Shown: piece after piece, positions 1-10,500 of the stretch
Numbering within the stretch: position 1 is the first letter of the stretch
Layout of the letters: each line of letters begins with the position of its first letter
DNA from: Pseudomonadota bacterium
Lineage (GTDB): Bacteria > Pseudomonadota > Gammaproteobacteria > Enterobacterales > JBCCZV01
Assembly (NCBI GenBank): GCA_039187085.1
Contig: JBCCZV010000002.1
Coordinates: 14,476 to 78,475 of the forward strand
Direction: 5' to 3'
DNA length: 64,000 bases
Notes under the pieces: model-generated
Seen by the model: only the letters and a program-made list of their open reading frames with translations
Database searches by the model: none
What the model was told of the DNA's origin: nothing
Program-made: the position numbers and the translations under genes

Positions 1-166
<166 letters not shown>

Positions 167-374
167 CTATTTACTGAATTAATTACAATAACTATAAATA
201 ACAATTAGCGGGTGGCTAAGAATTTTACCTCGCTTTGAACGATTGCGCTTAAAATTTTTGTGATAAAGCTGAGTGCAAACCAATATAATAAAAGTAAATA
301 CTTCTTATTCAATATGTTGCTGCGGCTCTACACTTGTTACATTTTAATTCTATCGCTCACTCATCGTGCAAAAC

Positions 375-902
<528 letters not shown>

Positions 903-1195
903 TTACGCCATCATTTCTTCAAAGAAAATGCTTTAAGTGCTTGAAGTGCTTCCGTGCAACCTAATAGGTCAGACCTTTGACCTGTAAACTTAAGATTTTA
1001 TTCATTTTTTCGTGACGCTCATAACCTTGATGCTGTGAATCAATAAACGTATTTTTCAAGTTAATCGCGTTTAATATTTTATAAAAACTATTGTGTTTTT
1101 TGTTACTTATCGTTTACTAGTATTTTTTTCTTATTGTGAAATTCATACACTTTTGTTAAAGCTGATACAAAATCGAACAATATGAGGGGGAAAGA

Positions 1196-1501
1196 ATGGA
1201 TGTTTTGTTTTTTATTTTACTAGCAGGGGTCATTGGCTCTACACTTTTCGCCATAAAAAGCGAAACGACATTGCCTAAACTCTTACCAATATTTACCAAG
1301 TGTTTGTCCTGTATTGTTGTGGCAGCTAGCCTTGCTTTAGCTGTAGCATATACACTCTACTACACACTCGAAATGGTAAATGACAGCTCGTCGTATTACA
1401 CCTTGAAGCAACTCATGCTAGTTTACTGCTACTTTATGATTGCTTTAGGGTTCGCACAACTGGCTCAAATCAACGCACGACGGGGACATGCGTTTTTTTG
1501 A
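1196..1501 (+). CDS. Small hypothetical integral membrane protein (about 3 predicted TM segments)
   Basis: 101-aa ORF preceded by a strong RBS (GAGGGGGAAAGA then ATG). The hydrophobic stretches are compatible with TM helices. I recognise no family. Confidence 0.5.
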   Translation: MDVLFFILLAGVIGSTLFAIKSETTLPKLLPIFTKCLSCIVVAASLALAVAYTLYYTLEMVNDSSSYYTLKQLMLVYCYFMIALGFAQLAQINARRGHAFF

Positions 1502-1512
1502 AGGAAATACAT

Positions 1513-4500
1513 TTATTGCTGTTCATTAGGCATTTCCAATGGCAATGACAATCCAGCATTATCTAGCAGCACTTGCGAATCCCAATCTAGCCACTTTTGT
1601 TTGACCCATGCATTCAATTCGAATGCATGTCCATCACCAACAGGCACGCCCGAAGTACCCAGTGGCGGGGTAGCAAATTGAATGCCACCAGCAAGAATAG
1701 ACTCCATAGAGTCTGTATTCATCGCAATACCAGAAAAAATCCCGGCACTAATTTTCAAACCGCTCTTAGCCCAAAAGCGGCTACCTTCCCTAACAAGAGG
1801 ACGGTATTTATCATGAATGTTGATGTAAATATTCACAATATCAGCTTTCGCATCTAGCTCTGTACCAATCACACGCCCTACTTCAATATGTCTATAATAA
1901 ACAGGGTTATCAGGAACGATTGAATATCTTGAAACCGATTGCAGTTTTATATTGAGACCCGAAGGAAATTGTTTGATCGCTGGGGCTTCGTATTCACCGT
2001 GATAATGAGAAATGAGTTTACCTGAACCTTTTGAAATACCAAGATATTGCCCTACCAACACCGCATCCCAGTTTTTATTGCCCACTAAACCCACTCGAGG
2101 CCCATCTAACCAAATTTTTGATCCCTCTCTGGCCAGATCTTGAGCAAACTCATACAAGAGCGCTTTCATCGAAACTCTGGTAAGATCTTCATTAAAGTTC
2201 AGCTGAATCACTTCCCCAACTTGCTGTGTCGCATATCGGATTTGCATTCCAGCACTCAAGCCTTGAGCGTGAGGAAAATCAATGGTGATAGGGTATTTGC
2301 CAAATTTAGCGGATTTGAAGGACGGATACATTGTAAAGGTATGTCCTTCTCGCAAGGATTTGGTCCCTGATTTTTTTGGTGTATAAACTCCCAAGCCACC
2401 GGTGACTATCGCACTTAATGATTCTGTACGCACTTCAACACCAGACAAATCTCCTTGAATGTCTAAACCACCAGCAATATAAAACCGAGAATTTTCAGAA
2501 AGCAATTTTCGATGAGCCTCATCGATAGTTATCATCACCTCAATGTTACGCTTGTCTTTGGTGTGGCGTATGTTTTCCACATGACCAATGGCCACTTTAC
2601 GATGCAAAACCTTTGAGCCAACACCCAAACTGTCAGCTTCTTCAGTAAGAATTTTCAATTGCAAGCCAGGAGCAGAATGGTCGACAATAGGCTTCACTCG
2701 TTTAGCGATAAAGATCTTACTCGCTTTCCCTTTACCAGGCTTAACACCTATAAAAGTGCCATCAATAAAGTCATTGACAGTTGAACCAAACAACATCGGT
2801 TTTTCTAACCAAAAACGTGTTTTCTTTTTGAGTAACCAATGAAAATGTGGCTTCAAACCAACCGTTACCCAGGGCTTATTGTTTTCATCTTTTTCAATAT
2901 CCTTAACTTCCCCAATAATCTCGCCTTTATACTTAACTTTTGTACTCCTTTTGCGGATTCCTGCTGTTGAATGAAACTGAATTTTCGCTTCTATTGAAAA
3001 CTCAGCATCATAACGATCACTGTATAAACGAAATATTTCTCCATTGACCGCAAGCTCTGCATCTCGGTGAATATCTACATTCTCGAAAGCAATACCCCCG
3101 GTTAGAATCGACATAACAGATTCGGTTTTAATTTCTATTTCATTCAAACTGCCTCGCAAACTAAAACCACTGGCATTCCAAAACCGTGTTTGTTGATTAA
3201 CTAATTTGGCATATCCTGGTTCAATAAATACATCGACAAAAAACTGTTCTTTATCAGTATCGACTCTGATATCCTGAATATCACCCACTTTTTTCTTACG
3301 ATAAAAAAGTGGAGCCCCTATTTCTAAACTATCAATATGAGGTGTTTGTAAAGACAAATGTAAACCTGGAACATTGAGTCCTAAACGCGGTTTACGTTTT
3401 GATACTTTAAATGTGGTTTGATCTTCTCCATCACGTGAAAACGTGAGCGAAATGTAATTACCAGAAAACATAGTATCAAGATTATCAATACCAGAAGCAG
3501 AGATTTTAGGAGACACCACAAAAAACTTCGTTTCTGATTTTAAAATAGGCTTAATTCTAGGGTCGACTCGAGCTACGGCTATAATTCCCGAGTCATCATC
3601 AGCTAGGGTATAATCTGCTATTTCTCCCAACTCTACGCCTTCAAAAATAATCGGCATATTTTTTGTAATGCTAGAACCCCATTCAAATAATAAAGTAATT
3701 TCTAAACCCAGTTTCGCTTCATCAAAATTGGGAAAAAGCTTAAATTGCGTGTAGTTTGAGACTAATTTGGCAGAATCTGCCGTCCCATAGGTATCAAAAG
3801 CAATGCCACCAGTCATTATGCTAGCAAAGGACTCAGTTTCTACCTTCACGCCTGAAACGCCGCCTTCAATATTGATACCAGAAGCATTCCAAAAACGCGT
3901 ATTTTCATTCACTAGGTGGGCAAACTCAGGTTGAATATGCACATCAATTTCGACCTGAGAGCTTTGATTGTCATAGCGATAAGAGGTAACACTACCAACA
4001 GGAATTTGCCGAAATGAAACCTGTGAACCAGGGCCTAAAGAACTCAACTTTTCAGAAAATAATTTTAGGTGCAGCCCTGGAGTTTCCTCGGGTAATGGTG
4101 GAGGTTCACTCAAAGCAACAAATTGGTATTTAGCTGGCAGTGCCGAGGATACAAAAGGTCTTAGCGCAATATAATTTCCGCTTAAAAGAGTTTCTAAACC
4201 AGAAATACCGGCAAAAGTGACTTGCGGTCTAACTAACCAAAATAGCGTTCTCTCATTAAAAATAGGAAGCTTGGTAGGTTTCATTTCAATATTCGCAATC
4301 ACTTTTTGCATGGAAGAATCTAATTGAATATCTTTGACTAGCCCCATGACTAGACCACGATAACGAATTTCCGTTTTTCCTGGAATGATGCCTTCACTCG
4401 ATTCCAACACCAAGCTAACCATCGTGCCTCTTTCCATAACTGCTTTATAAGCTAAATACCCCCCAAAAACTAATGCCATAATTGGAATGACCCAAACAAA

Positions 4501-4563
4501 AGAGATACGTCTCTTTGAATTTATAATCGCTTGGTTTTCACTATCACTTATCGTCACAATCAA
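1513..4563 (-). CDS. Eight-MCE-domain LetB/PqiB-family periplasm-spanning lipid-transport protein
   Basis: 1016 aa with an N-terminal TM anchor (FVWVIPIMALVFGGYLAYKAV). Eight repeats of about 115-120 aa follow, each ending in an [ST][RK][FI][WFY] motif: TLFW, TRFW, TKFF, TRFW, TRFW, SRFY, SKIW, SRFW. It lies directly downstream of, and overlaps, two PqiA-family genes. Confidence 0.85.
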   Translation of the reverse strand: MIVTISDSENQAIINSKRRISFVWVIPIMALVFGGYLAYKAVMERGTMVSLVLESSEGIIPGKTEIRYRGLVMGLVKDIQLDSSMQKVIANIEMKPTKLPIFNERTLFWLVRPQVTFAGISGLETLLSGNYIALRPFVSSALPAKYQFVALSEPPPLPEETPGLHLKLFSEKLSSLGPGSQVSFRQIPVGSVTSYRYDNQSSQVEIDVHIQPEFAHLVNENTRFWNASGINIEGGVSGVKVETESFASIMTGGIAFDTYGTADSAKLVSNYTQFKLFPNFDEAKLGLEITLLFEWGSSITKNMPIIFEGVELGEIADYTLADDDSGIIAVARVDPRIKPILKSETKFFVVSPKISASGIDNLDTMFSGNYISLTFSRDGEDQTTFKVSKRKPRLGLNVPGLHLSLQTPHIDSLEIGAPLFYRKKKVGDIQDIRVDTDKEQFFVDVFIEPGYAKLVNQQTRFWNASGFSLRGSLNEIEIKTESVMSILTGGIAFENVDIHRDAELAVNGEIFRLYSDRYDAEFSIEAKIQFHSTAGIRKRSTKVKYKGEIIGEVKDIEKDENNKPWVTVGLKPHFHWLLKKKTRFWLEKPMLFGSTVNDFIDGTFIGVKPGKGKASKIFIAKRVKPIVDHSAPGLQLKILTEEADSLGVGSKVLHRKVAIGHVENIRHTKDKRNIEVMITIDEAHRKLLSENSRFYIAGGLDIQGDLSGVEVRTESLSAIVTGGLGVYTPKKSGTKSLREGHTFTMYPSFKSAKFGKYPITIDFPHAQGLSAGMQIRYATQQVGEVIQLNFNEDLTRVSMKALLYEFAQDLAREGSKIWLDGPRVGLVGNKNWDAVLVGQYLGISKGSGKLISHYHGEYEAPAIKQFPSGLNIKLQSVSRYSIVPDNPVYYRHIEVGRVIGTELDAKADIVNIYINIHDKYRPLVREGSRFWAKSGLKISAGIFSGIAMNTDSMESILAGGIQFATPPLGTSGVPVGDGHAFELNAWVKQKWLDWDSQVLLDNAGLSLPLEMPNEQQ

Positions 4564-5233
4564 GATCCCATATTAACCGCGGGTCAAAAGATTTAGCTGC
4601 AAACATGCTAAAAATAACCATGGTTGCAAATGCTGTAGCACCTGGTCCAGCAACTATTTCACTGACAAACCCTAACTGCACAACAGCAGCCATAATACCT
4701 ACCACGAAAACGTCTAACATCGACCACTTACCCAATAGCTCAACAATTCTATACAAGAGCGTTCTTTGTCTCAGTTTAACTTTTGACTTTCTGTGAACCG
4801 ATACCAACAATATACATAATCCGAGTATTTTTCCTAAAGGCACCAGAAAGCTTGCAATAAAAACCACGATAGCAATCGGCATCATTCCAAGCTTCACCAA
4901 AGACGCTATACCCGAAAGAATGGTATCCGGTGCTCCTGCTCCAAAATATTTTACAGTCATTATCGGGTAAACATTCGCCGGTATAAATGCTATGGCAGAT
5001 GTGATTAGATAAGCCCATGTGCGCTGAAGTGCATAAAAATCTCTAAATCGAATGGTGGCTCCACAACGCTCACAAATAGACTCTTGAAGGTGGGTTTCTC
5101 GTTTATTCAACTTATGACAGTCCGAACAAACCATGTAGCCTGCTTGCATAGCGCTTTTGTGTTGTAAAAGAGTCATTTCCTCCATTCCTTGGGACTCAAT
5201 TAGCTCTTGCTTTTCTGTTTTTTTCACGCTCAA
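4544..5233 (-). CDS. PqiA/LetA-family integral membrane protein, half-size module with N-terminal Cys4 zinc-ribbon
   Basis: 229 aa. The CSDC...x17...CERC zinc-ribbon-like motif is followed by about 4 hydrophobic helices. The 3' end overlaps the MCE gene by 20 nt (translational coupling). Confidence 0.8.
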   Translation of the reverse strand: MSVKKTEKQELIESQGMEEMTLLQHKSAMQAGYMVCSDCHKLNKRETHLQESICERCGATIRFRDFYALQRTWAYLITSAIAFIPANVYPIMTVKYFGAGAPDTILSGIASLVKLGMMPIAIVVFIASFLVPLGKILGLCILLVSVHRKSKVKLRQRTLLYRIVELLGKWSMLDVFVVGIMAAVVQLGFVSEIVAGPGATAFATMVIFSMFAAKSFDPRLIWDLDCDDK

Positions 5234-5897
5234 TCAACTCCCAAACTAAGTGCTCGTCCAAAACACGTGATACCATGATCGCAGATAGTAACAAGATAAC
5301 AAAAGCTGCTAACCCTACCCCATATTCGACACTTGCTAAACCAACCAGTTTATACAAAGAAACAATGATACCTAGTAAGAATACCTCAAGCATTCCCCAG
5401 TGCTTGAAATGATAAAAAGCACGATAAAACACCACAAAATGTTGACTGTAATGCCCTCGTGTTAATCGAAACAAAAGATAAGATACGATAAGCAGCTGAC
5501 AAAGAGGAATAATAACTGCAAATAGTGAAACTGATAGGGCTACAAAGAAAAGCTGGTTGTTATATAACACACGAATGGTTTCAAACAACGAAGCCGTACT
5601 GCTCAAACCCATGGCTTCTAAACCTATCATAGGATAAAAAACGGCGGGGTAAAAAGCGATAAGGCCTGTCAAAGCATAAGCAATAGTTTGGTTAATGGAA
5701 TCTTCTCGACACTCCAAAAGTAAATAGCCACATCGAGGACAATAAGCCTTTTCACTTTTCTTTAAATTTGGATAAGGAATCAATAAATCACATTCATGAC
5801 AAGCGAGCAGCGAATTCGCCTCACTTTCACTACCCGTGGTCGCAGATATTTCCGGTTCAATTATCGTACTTGTCGAATCACGTTGTTGACTTGGCAT
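5196..5897 (-). CDS. PqiA/LetA-family integral membrane protein, half-size module with N-terminal Cys4 zinc-ribbon
   Basis: 233 aa. The CHEC...x17...CPRC motif is followed by about 4 TM helices. It is a paralog of the next gene and overlaps it by 38 nt. Confidence 0.8.
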   Translation of the reverse strand: MPSQQRDSTSTIIEPEISATTGSESEANSLLACHECDLLIPYPNLKKSEKAYCPRCGYLLLECREDSINQTIAYALTGLIAFYPAVFYPMIGLEAMGLSSTASLFETIRVLYNNQLFFVALSVSLFAVIIPLCQLLIVSYLLFRLTRGHYSQHFVVFYRAFYHFKHWGMLEVFLLGIIVSLYKLVGLASVEYGVGLAAFVILLLSAIMVSRVLDEHLVWELIEREKNRKARAN

Positions 5898-6072
5898 TCA
5901 GCTGCTTGGGCTCCTTTTGACGAAGGTTGTTGCAGTTTACTAAGAACATGTCATTATTCAAGCCAATTTCAAATTGAATAGCAAGCATGAATTCTCTTTG
6001 TTGTTTGAAGACTTTTTCGTTATAATCCGCCATCCTTGTAAATTACTATTCATAATTGATTGAGAAGCCTGA

Positions 6073-6687
6073 ATGCCATCATTGCCCATTGAGCTTGACA
6101 ATAAACTCCGAGAAATCGACTCGTTTAGGCGCGATCTTACTATAGAAACCCAACTAAAAAATCAACAAGTTACTTTTTTCACTACCTGGGGCCTATTTTC
6201 TCCACGAAATATTGATGATGGTACACGTCTTTTACTCGATCATTTGGATATTAGTCCCGATGAGAATATTATCGATTTAGGCTGTGGTTATGGTCCAATT
6301 GGTATCACTTTGGCAAAGATAGCGCATCAAGGCAATACCTTGATGCTTGATAAAGATTTCGTTGCAGTTGAGTATTCTCAACGTAATATCCAACACAACC
6401 AGCTTAGCAATTGTAAAGCAATGTTAAGTAATGGCTTATCTGCTATATCTGAACACCATCACTATTCCTTGTTAGTTTCCAACATACCAGCGAAAGTTGG
6501 TAACGAAATGCTCTACATTTATTTAGCTGATGCTTTAAAATGCGTTCGTCCAGGTGGTAAAGTTGTTGTTGTGACCATTAATGGCTTGAGAAATTTTATT
6601 AAGCGTTCCTTTAATGAGATGTTTGGTAATTACAAAAAAGTTAAACAAGGAAAAAATTATACTATCTCTTCGGCTATCCTCCCCTAG
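6073..6687 (+). CDS. Class I SAM-dependent methyltransferase (MTS, RsmC/PrmA-like small domain)
   Basis: 204 aa. The SAM motif I is IIDLGCGYGPIG. Motif IV reads SNIPAKVG rather than NPPF/Y. The size matches single-domain MTS proteins. Confidence 0.7.
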   Translation: MPSLPIELDNKLREIDSFRRDLTIETQLKNQQVTFFTTWGLFSPRNIDDGTRLLLDHLDISPDENIIDLGCGYGPIGITLAKIAHQGNTLMLDKDFVAVEYSQRNIQHNQLSNCKAMLSNGLSAISEHHHYSLLVSNIPAKVGNEMLYIYLADALKCVRPGGKVVVVTINGLRNFIKRSFNEMFGNYKKVKQGKNYTISSAILP

Positions 6688-7515
6688 CTCCTAGTATTTC
6701 AACGTGTAATTTTAATTCGCATGTTTTTCATAAAAATGTACGAATAAAAGAGTCTAAATTTCATCCAATTTCAATTTTTATTGTTTTCAAACACAGCTCT
6801 TCCTGGCTGTTTTTCTTGAGAATTAACCTATATTTTTTAATCTCTGCTATAAACCACATAAAAATAGCATTTTTCCTTTCCTTGGATTCTCTTGCAAAAC
6901 TATTCATAAACTGTATTTACAGTAACGATGGGGCTCAACAAAGTCGCACAAATGAAGTTGTGAATATTGGACTATGTCCACAGATTCTGTGGATATCTTT
7001 GGTAATAAACACTTTAAAAAGGACTTGAAGCTATAAATTATCAGCATCGCAACAAATAGACTATTTTTTGAACAGCTGAGTTTTCATGCCTGATTTATTG
7101 GGTTTTTTTATCTATAAATCCACCGTTTTTAGTACTTGTAAGATTGATATCATTAGAAACTATCGCTCATATCAATCAAATCTGTATTGTGGATTAGCAT
7201 TGACAAATATATCTTCATAGTTTCTCTTCAGAATAAATTCGTGGGAGACTCAACTTATGAAAAAAGCTTCTTAAGTTGTATACCCTCGTAGATCGCCAAC
7301 TATGACTAGGAAAATAGAAACCGATGAAAATAGCTTCTTAAGAGGACTTAATAGGTTAACTTTATGGAAGATAAATAATAGAAATCACCCAAAGTTTTAA
7401 AAAACCATCAAGAACACCAAAAAGTCAGCATTATTTTGATTTGATTAATTTTTAGCCTTGGCTTGGCAGAGAGATAAAAAAGATTCAACTACTGCTTACA
7501 ATTTAATAAATGTAC

Positions 7516-7536
7516 GCTCGCCCTTCCTTGGGGAGC
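7516..7536 (-). terminator. Candidate intrinsic terminator of the pullulanase gene
   Basis: On the minus strand, GCTCCCC-AAGGAA-GGGCGAGC forms a GC-rich hairpin 33 nt after the stop. It is followed by T-rich GTACATTTATTAAATT. The U-tract is imperfect. Confidence 0.4.
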
Positions 7537-7568
7537 ATTGAATATTCATCATCCGTTTGCTGATAAAA

Positions 7569-10500
7569 CTAGTTTTGCAAACTTACACTCAATGATATGG
7601 ATGATAAGTCTTTAGCGTTCAATACGAACTCGTACAAACCAGGTTGAGTAACATCCAAGGTTATATTGCCTGCTGAACCTGCCAGAGTAAGTGCTGCCCC
7701 ACCAGGCTCGATGATACCGCCATCCAAACCCAAATTGACTTGAGCCCAATCCGCATCAGCTACTTTAAACTCATAACTCGCCACCTCTAAGTTTGCCATT
7801 GCCGTGTAAATACCATCTGAGCCATAAATAAATTGATTATTATCAGGAGCACCCCATTCATTTAATGTACCTCTTATATACACTTTCGTTTGACCAAAGG
7901 GGGCAACAATATTATCTCCCGCAGGCAACCCTGTTCCTTGTTCAACACCTTGTAACTTAACCAAAACGGTAGTTGTTAAAGCAGGAATAGTTATATTTTC
8001 TCCATCAATAATCACAGCAGCCTGTTGTTCATCAACCGATGTTGAAAGTATCGGATGGATTTGTAAACCGTTATAATTTGCATCGCTAAAGGTCACAGCT
8101 TGATTACTGCCGTTGACAGCGATTAATACCGCATCATATTTCGTATCAATATCTTCCAGACCCAAACCATCATCAATAGTCATAATAATTACGCCAGGTG
8201 TTTGATTAGAACCTGTATTTTTAAAGTCAACTCTTGAAAGAATTTGTTCCTGCGTATTTAAACGAATCAGCTTGGTATCTTGACGTACACGCAATAATTC
8301 CAAGAAGCGATCATATGTATCTATTATGTGCTCCGATGAGGGATTTGCAAAGGGATCAGTAATAATGTCACGTATAACCGGCCAATTGAGCCCGTCTTTA
8401 TCTTCTCTTGGTAGACCTACGTTCCAGTTATTCGAAGACTTAGTGAAATTGACACGATTAAACCAATCCCCCGAATCATAACTATCACGCTGCATCGATT
8501 TAGAACGCAATAACTCTGATCCCATATGTAAAAATGGAATACCTTGACTCAAAATGGGAACACTTAAACCCAATATTTGCATACGCACACGATCATCTGT
8601 CGACACAGACTTAGCAATTTTATATTGATTGTTATCCCATAGAGTTTGATTATCATGTTTTGAAATATAATTTATGGTCTCTTGAGGATCCGAGGTATAA
8701 CCTGTCAATCCACCAAAATAATCAACTTCACTGCCTCGCAATTGCGTATCAAAGCGATCAGTTATCACGAAATCTCTCAAGCTTCCAGCCATAGTCACTC
8801 GCATCCTATCTGATAACTCAAGTAATAACGATTTTTGAGATGCTTCATCACCGACAAGTTCATTAGGTTGTGAATAAAGACCATTAGCGAAACCTTGATT
8901 GATACGCAACCCTTGCTCACTATCAAAAGGCCCTCCACCTCTAACAGCATCGCGCAAACGGTCATTGAAAGTGCCTATGCCGGTGCCAGCCATATTCACT
9001 TGGATAGCATTTTCACCTCTAGCACCATCAGCAACTTCACCAAAATTCCAACCTTCGCCATAAATATAAACACCACTGTCGACTTCCAGAACCGCTTCAC
9101 GCGCAGCTAAAATGTGCGACTTCATATGGTGTCCCATAATATCAAAGCGATATGAATCAATTTTGTAATGACGAGTCCACAGAACTAGAGAATCAATCAT
9201 AAATTTCTCCATCATTCTGTGTTCAGAAGCGGTGTTGTCACAACAACTCGAGGTTTCTACTTGCCCTTGATTATTAAGGCGATGATAGTAACCCGGTACA
9301 ACTTTATCCAAAATAGATTTATCGTTAAGGCCCGAGGCATTGGTATGGTTATAGACGACATCCATCACTACATTAAGATTCGCATCATGTAAACTTTTTA
9401 CCATTTCGCGAAACTCTTTAATGCGCGTTACTCCTTCTGCTGAAGTCGCGTAACTGCCTTCAGGTGTATTAAAATGGAAAGGGTCGTATCCCCAGTTAAA
9501 ACCATCTAACCAACGAATATCATCCATTAATGCTTGAGCATTTTCTGAAGCAGGCTCATAAGTAGCCAGTAACGAAGCAATAATAACCGTATCGCTGACG
9601 TCAGGGTCACCACACACTGATGCATTGGGATTAGCAGCACACAAGTCACCAACCGTATCCGTAATTTCCACACGGTTTTCTTCATCTATCGTCGCAATGT
9701 CGAAAACAGGTAACAAGTGAAAATGAGATACTCCTGCTTCTTGCAGTTCTTTAAGATGTTGCATACCTGTCGATTCTGATTGAGTAAAAGCTAAATATTT
9801 ACCTCTCATCTCTGCAGGTACACTAGAATCATTGATACTGAAATCTCTGACATGACTTTCGTAGATAACAATATCTTCTGGATTTTCAACTTTATTGACC
9901 GTGTGCGTATCCCAATCTTCAGGCTTGAGATCTGCATCATCAAGGTTGACAACTTGTGAGTACAAACTATTGGTAGACAAGCTCACAGAGTAAGGATCTG
10001 TCACCATCAAAGTTTCAATTTGTTGTGATGACGGATGATAAACTGTGATTTCATATTGGTAAAAGGCTCTATCTACTGTTTCGTCAGCACTTAATTCCCA
10101 TACACCATTCGCATCATCGTCATTCAAAGCTTTTGGATAACCAGTCATTAAATTTTTATTGGCATCAAAAACATGTAAATTGACTTCTAGCGCTGTTGGT
10201 GCCCAAAGCTTAAAGGTAATTTCTTCACCAAAGACCAAACCAAGTTCGCCGTCGTAATAATAAAGATCATCAATCACGCCTGGTTTTTGAATTCTTGCAA
10301 TAGATGTCACTTCTCCCTGAGCATTTTTTGCAGCAACAACAACTTGGCCTTTTAAGATTGCTTTTATTTGTTGAGTTGAGGCATTCAATGAGAAGGCTGT
10401 CAAATTTTGTAAGTGTGGAAATTGAGCGGCATCAGCAGCACTAATAGCACCTTCTCCTAGTGCAAGCATATCTCCGCCTACGACAGCCTTATTCGCATCG

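Noticed and set aside
306-316. 11-mer TTATTCAATAT shared between 306-316 and 11228-11238, considered as possible insertion-site direct repeats flanking an island
   Set aside because: Matches of this length are expected by chance many times in 64 kb of AT-rich sequence. There are no flanking inverted repeats or mobility genes.
6816-7028. 70-aa ORF in the long intergenic region
   Set aside because: It has a TTG-type start with no Shine-Dalgarno and an Ile/Leu/Asn-rich composition that simply mirrors AT-rich DNA. It has no family resemblance. It is kept only as part of the non-coding-gap finding.
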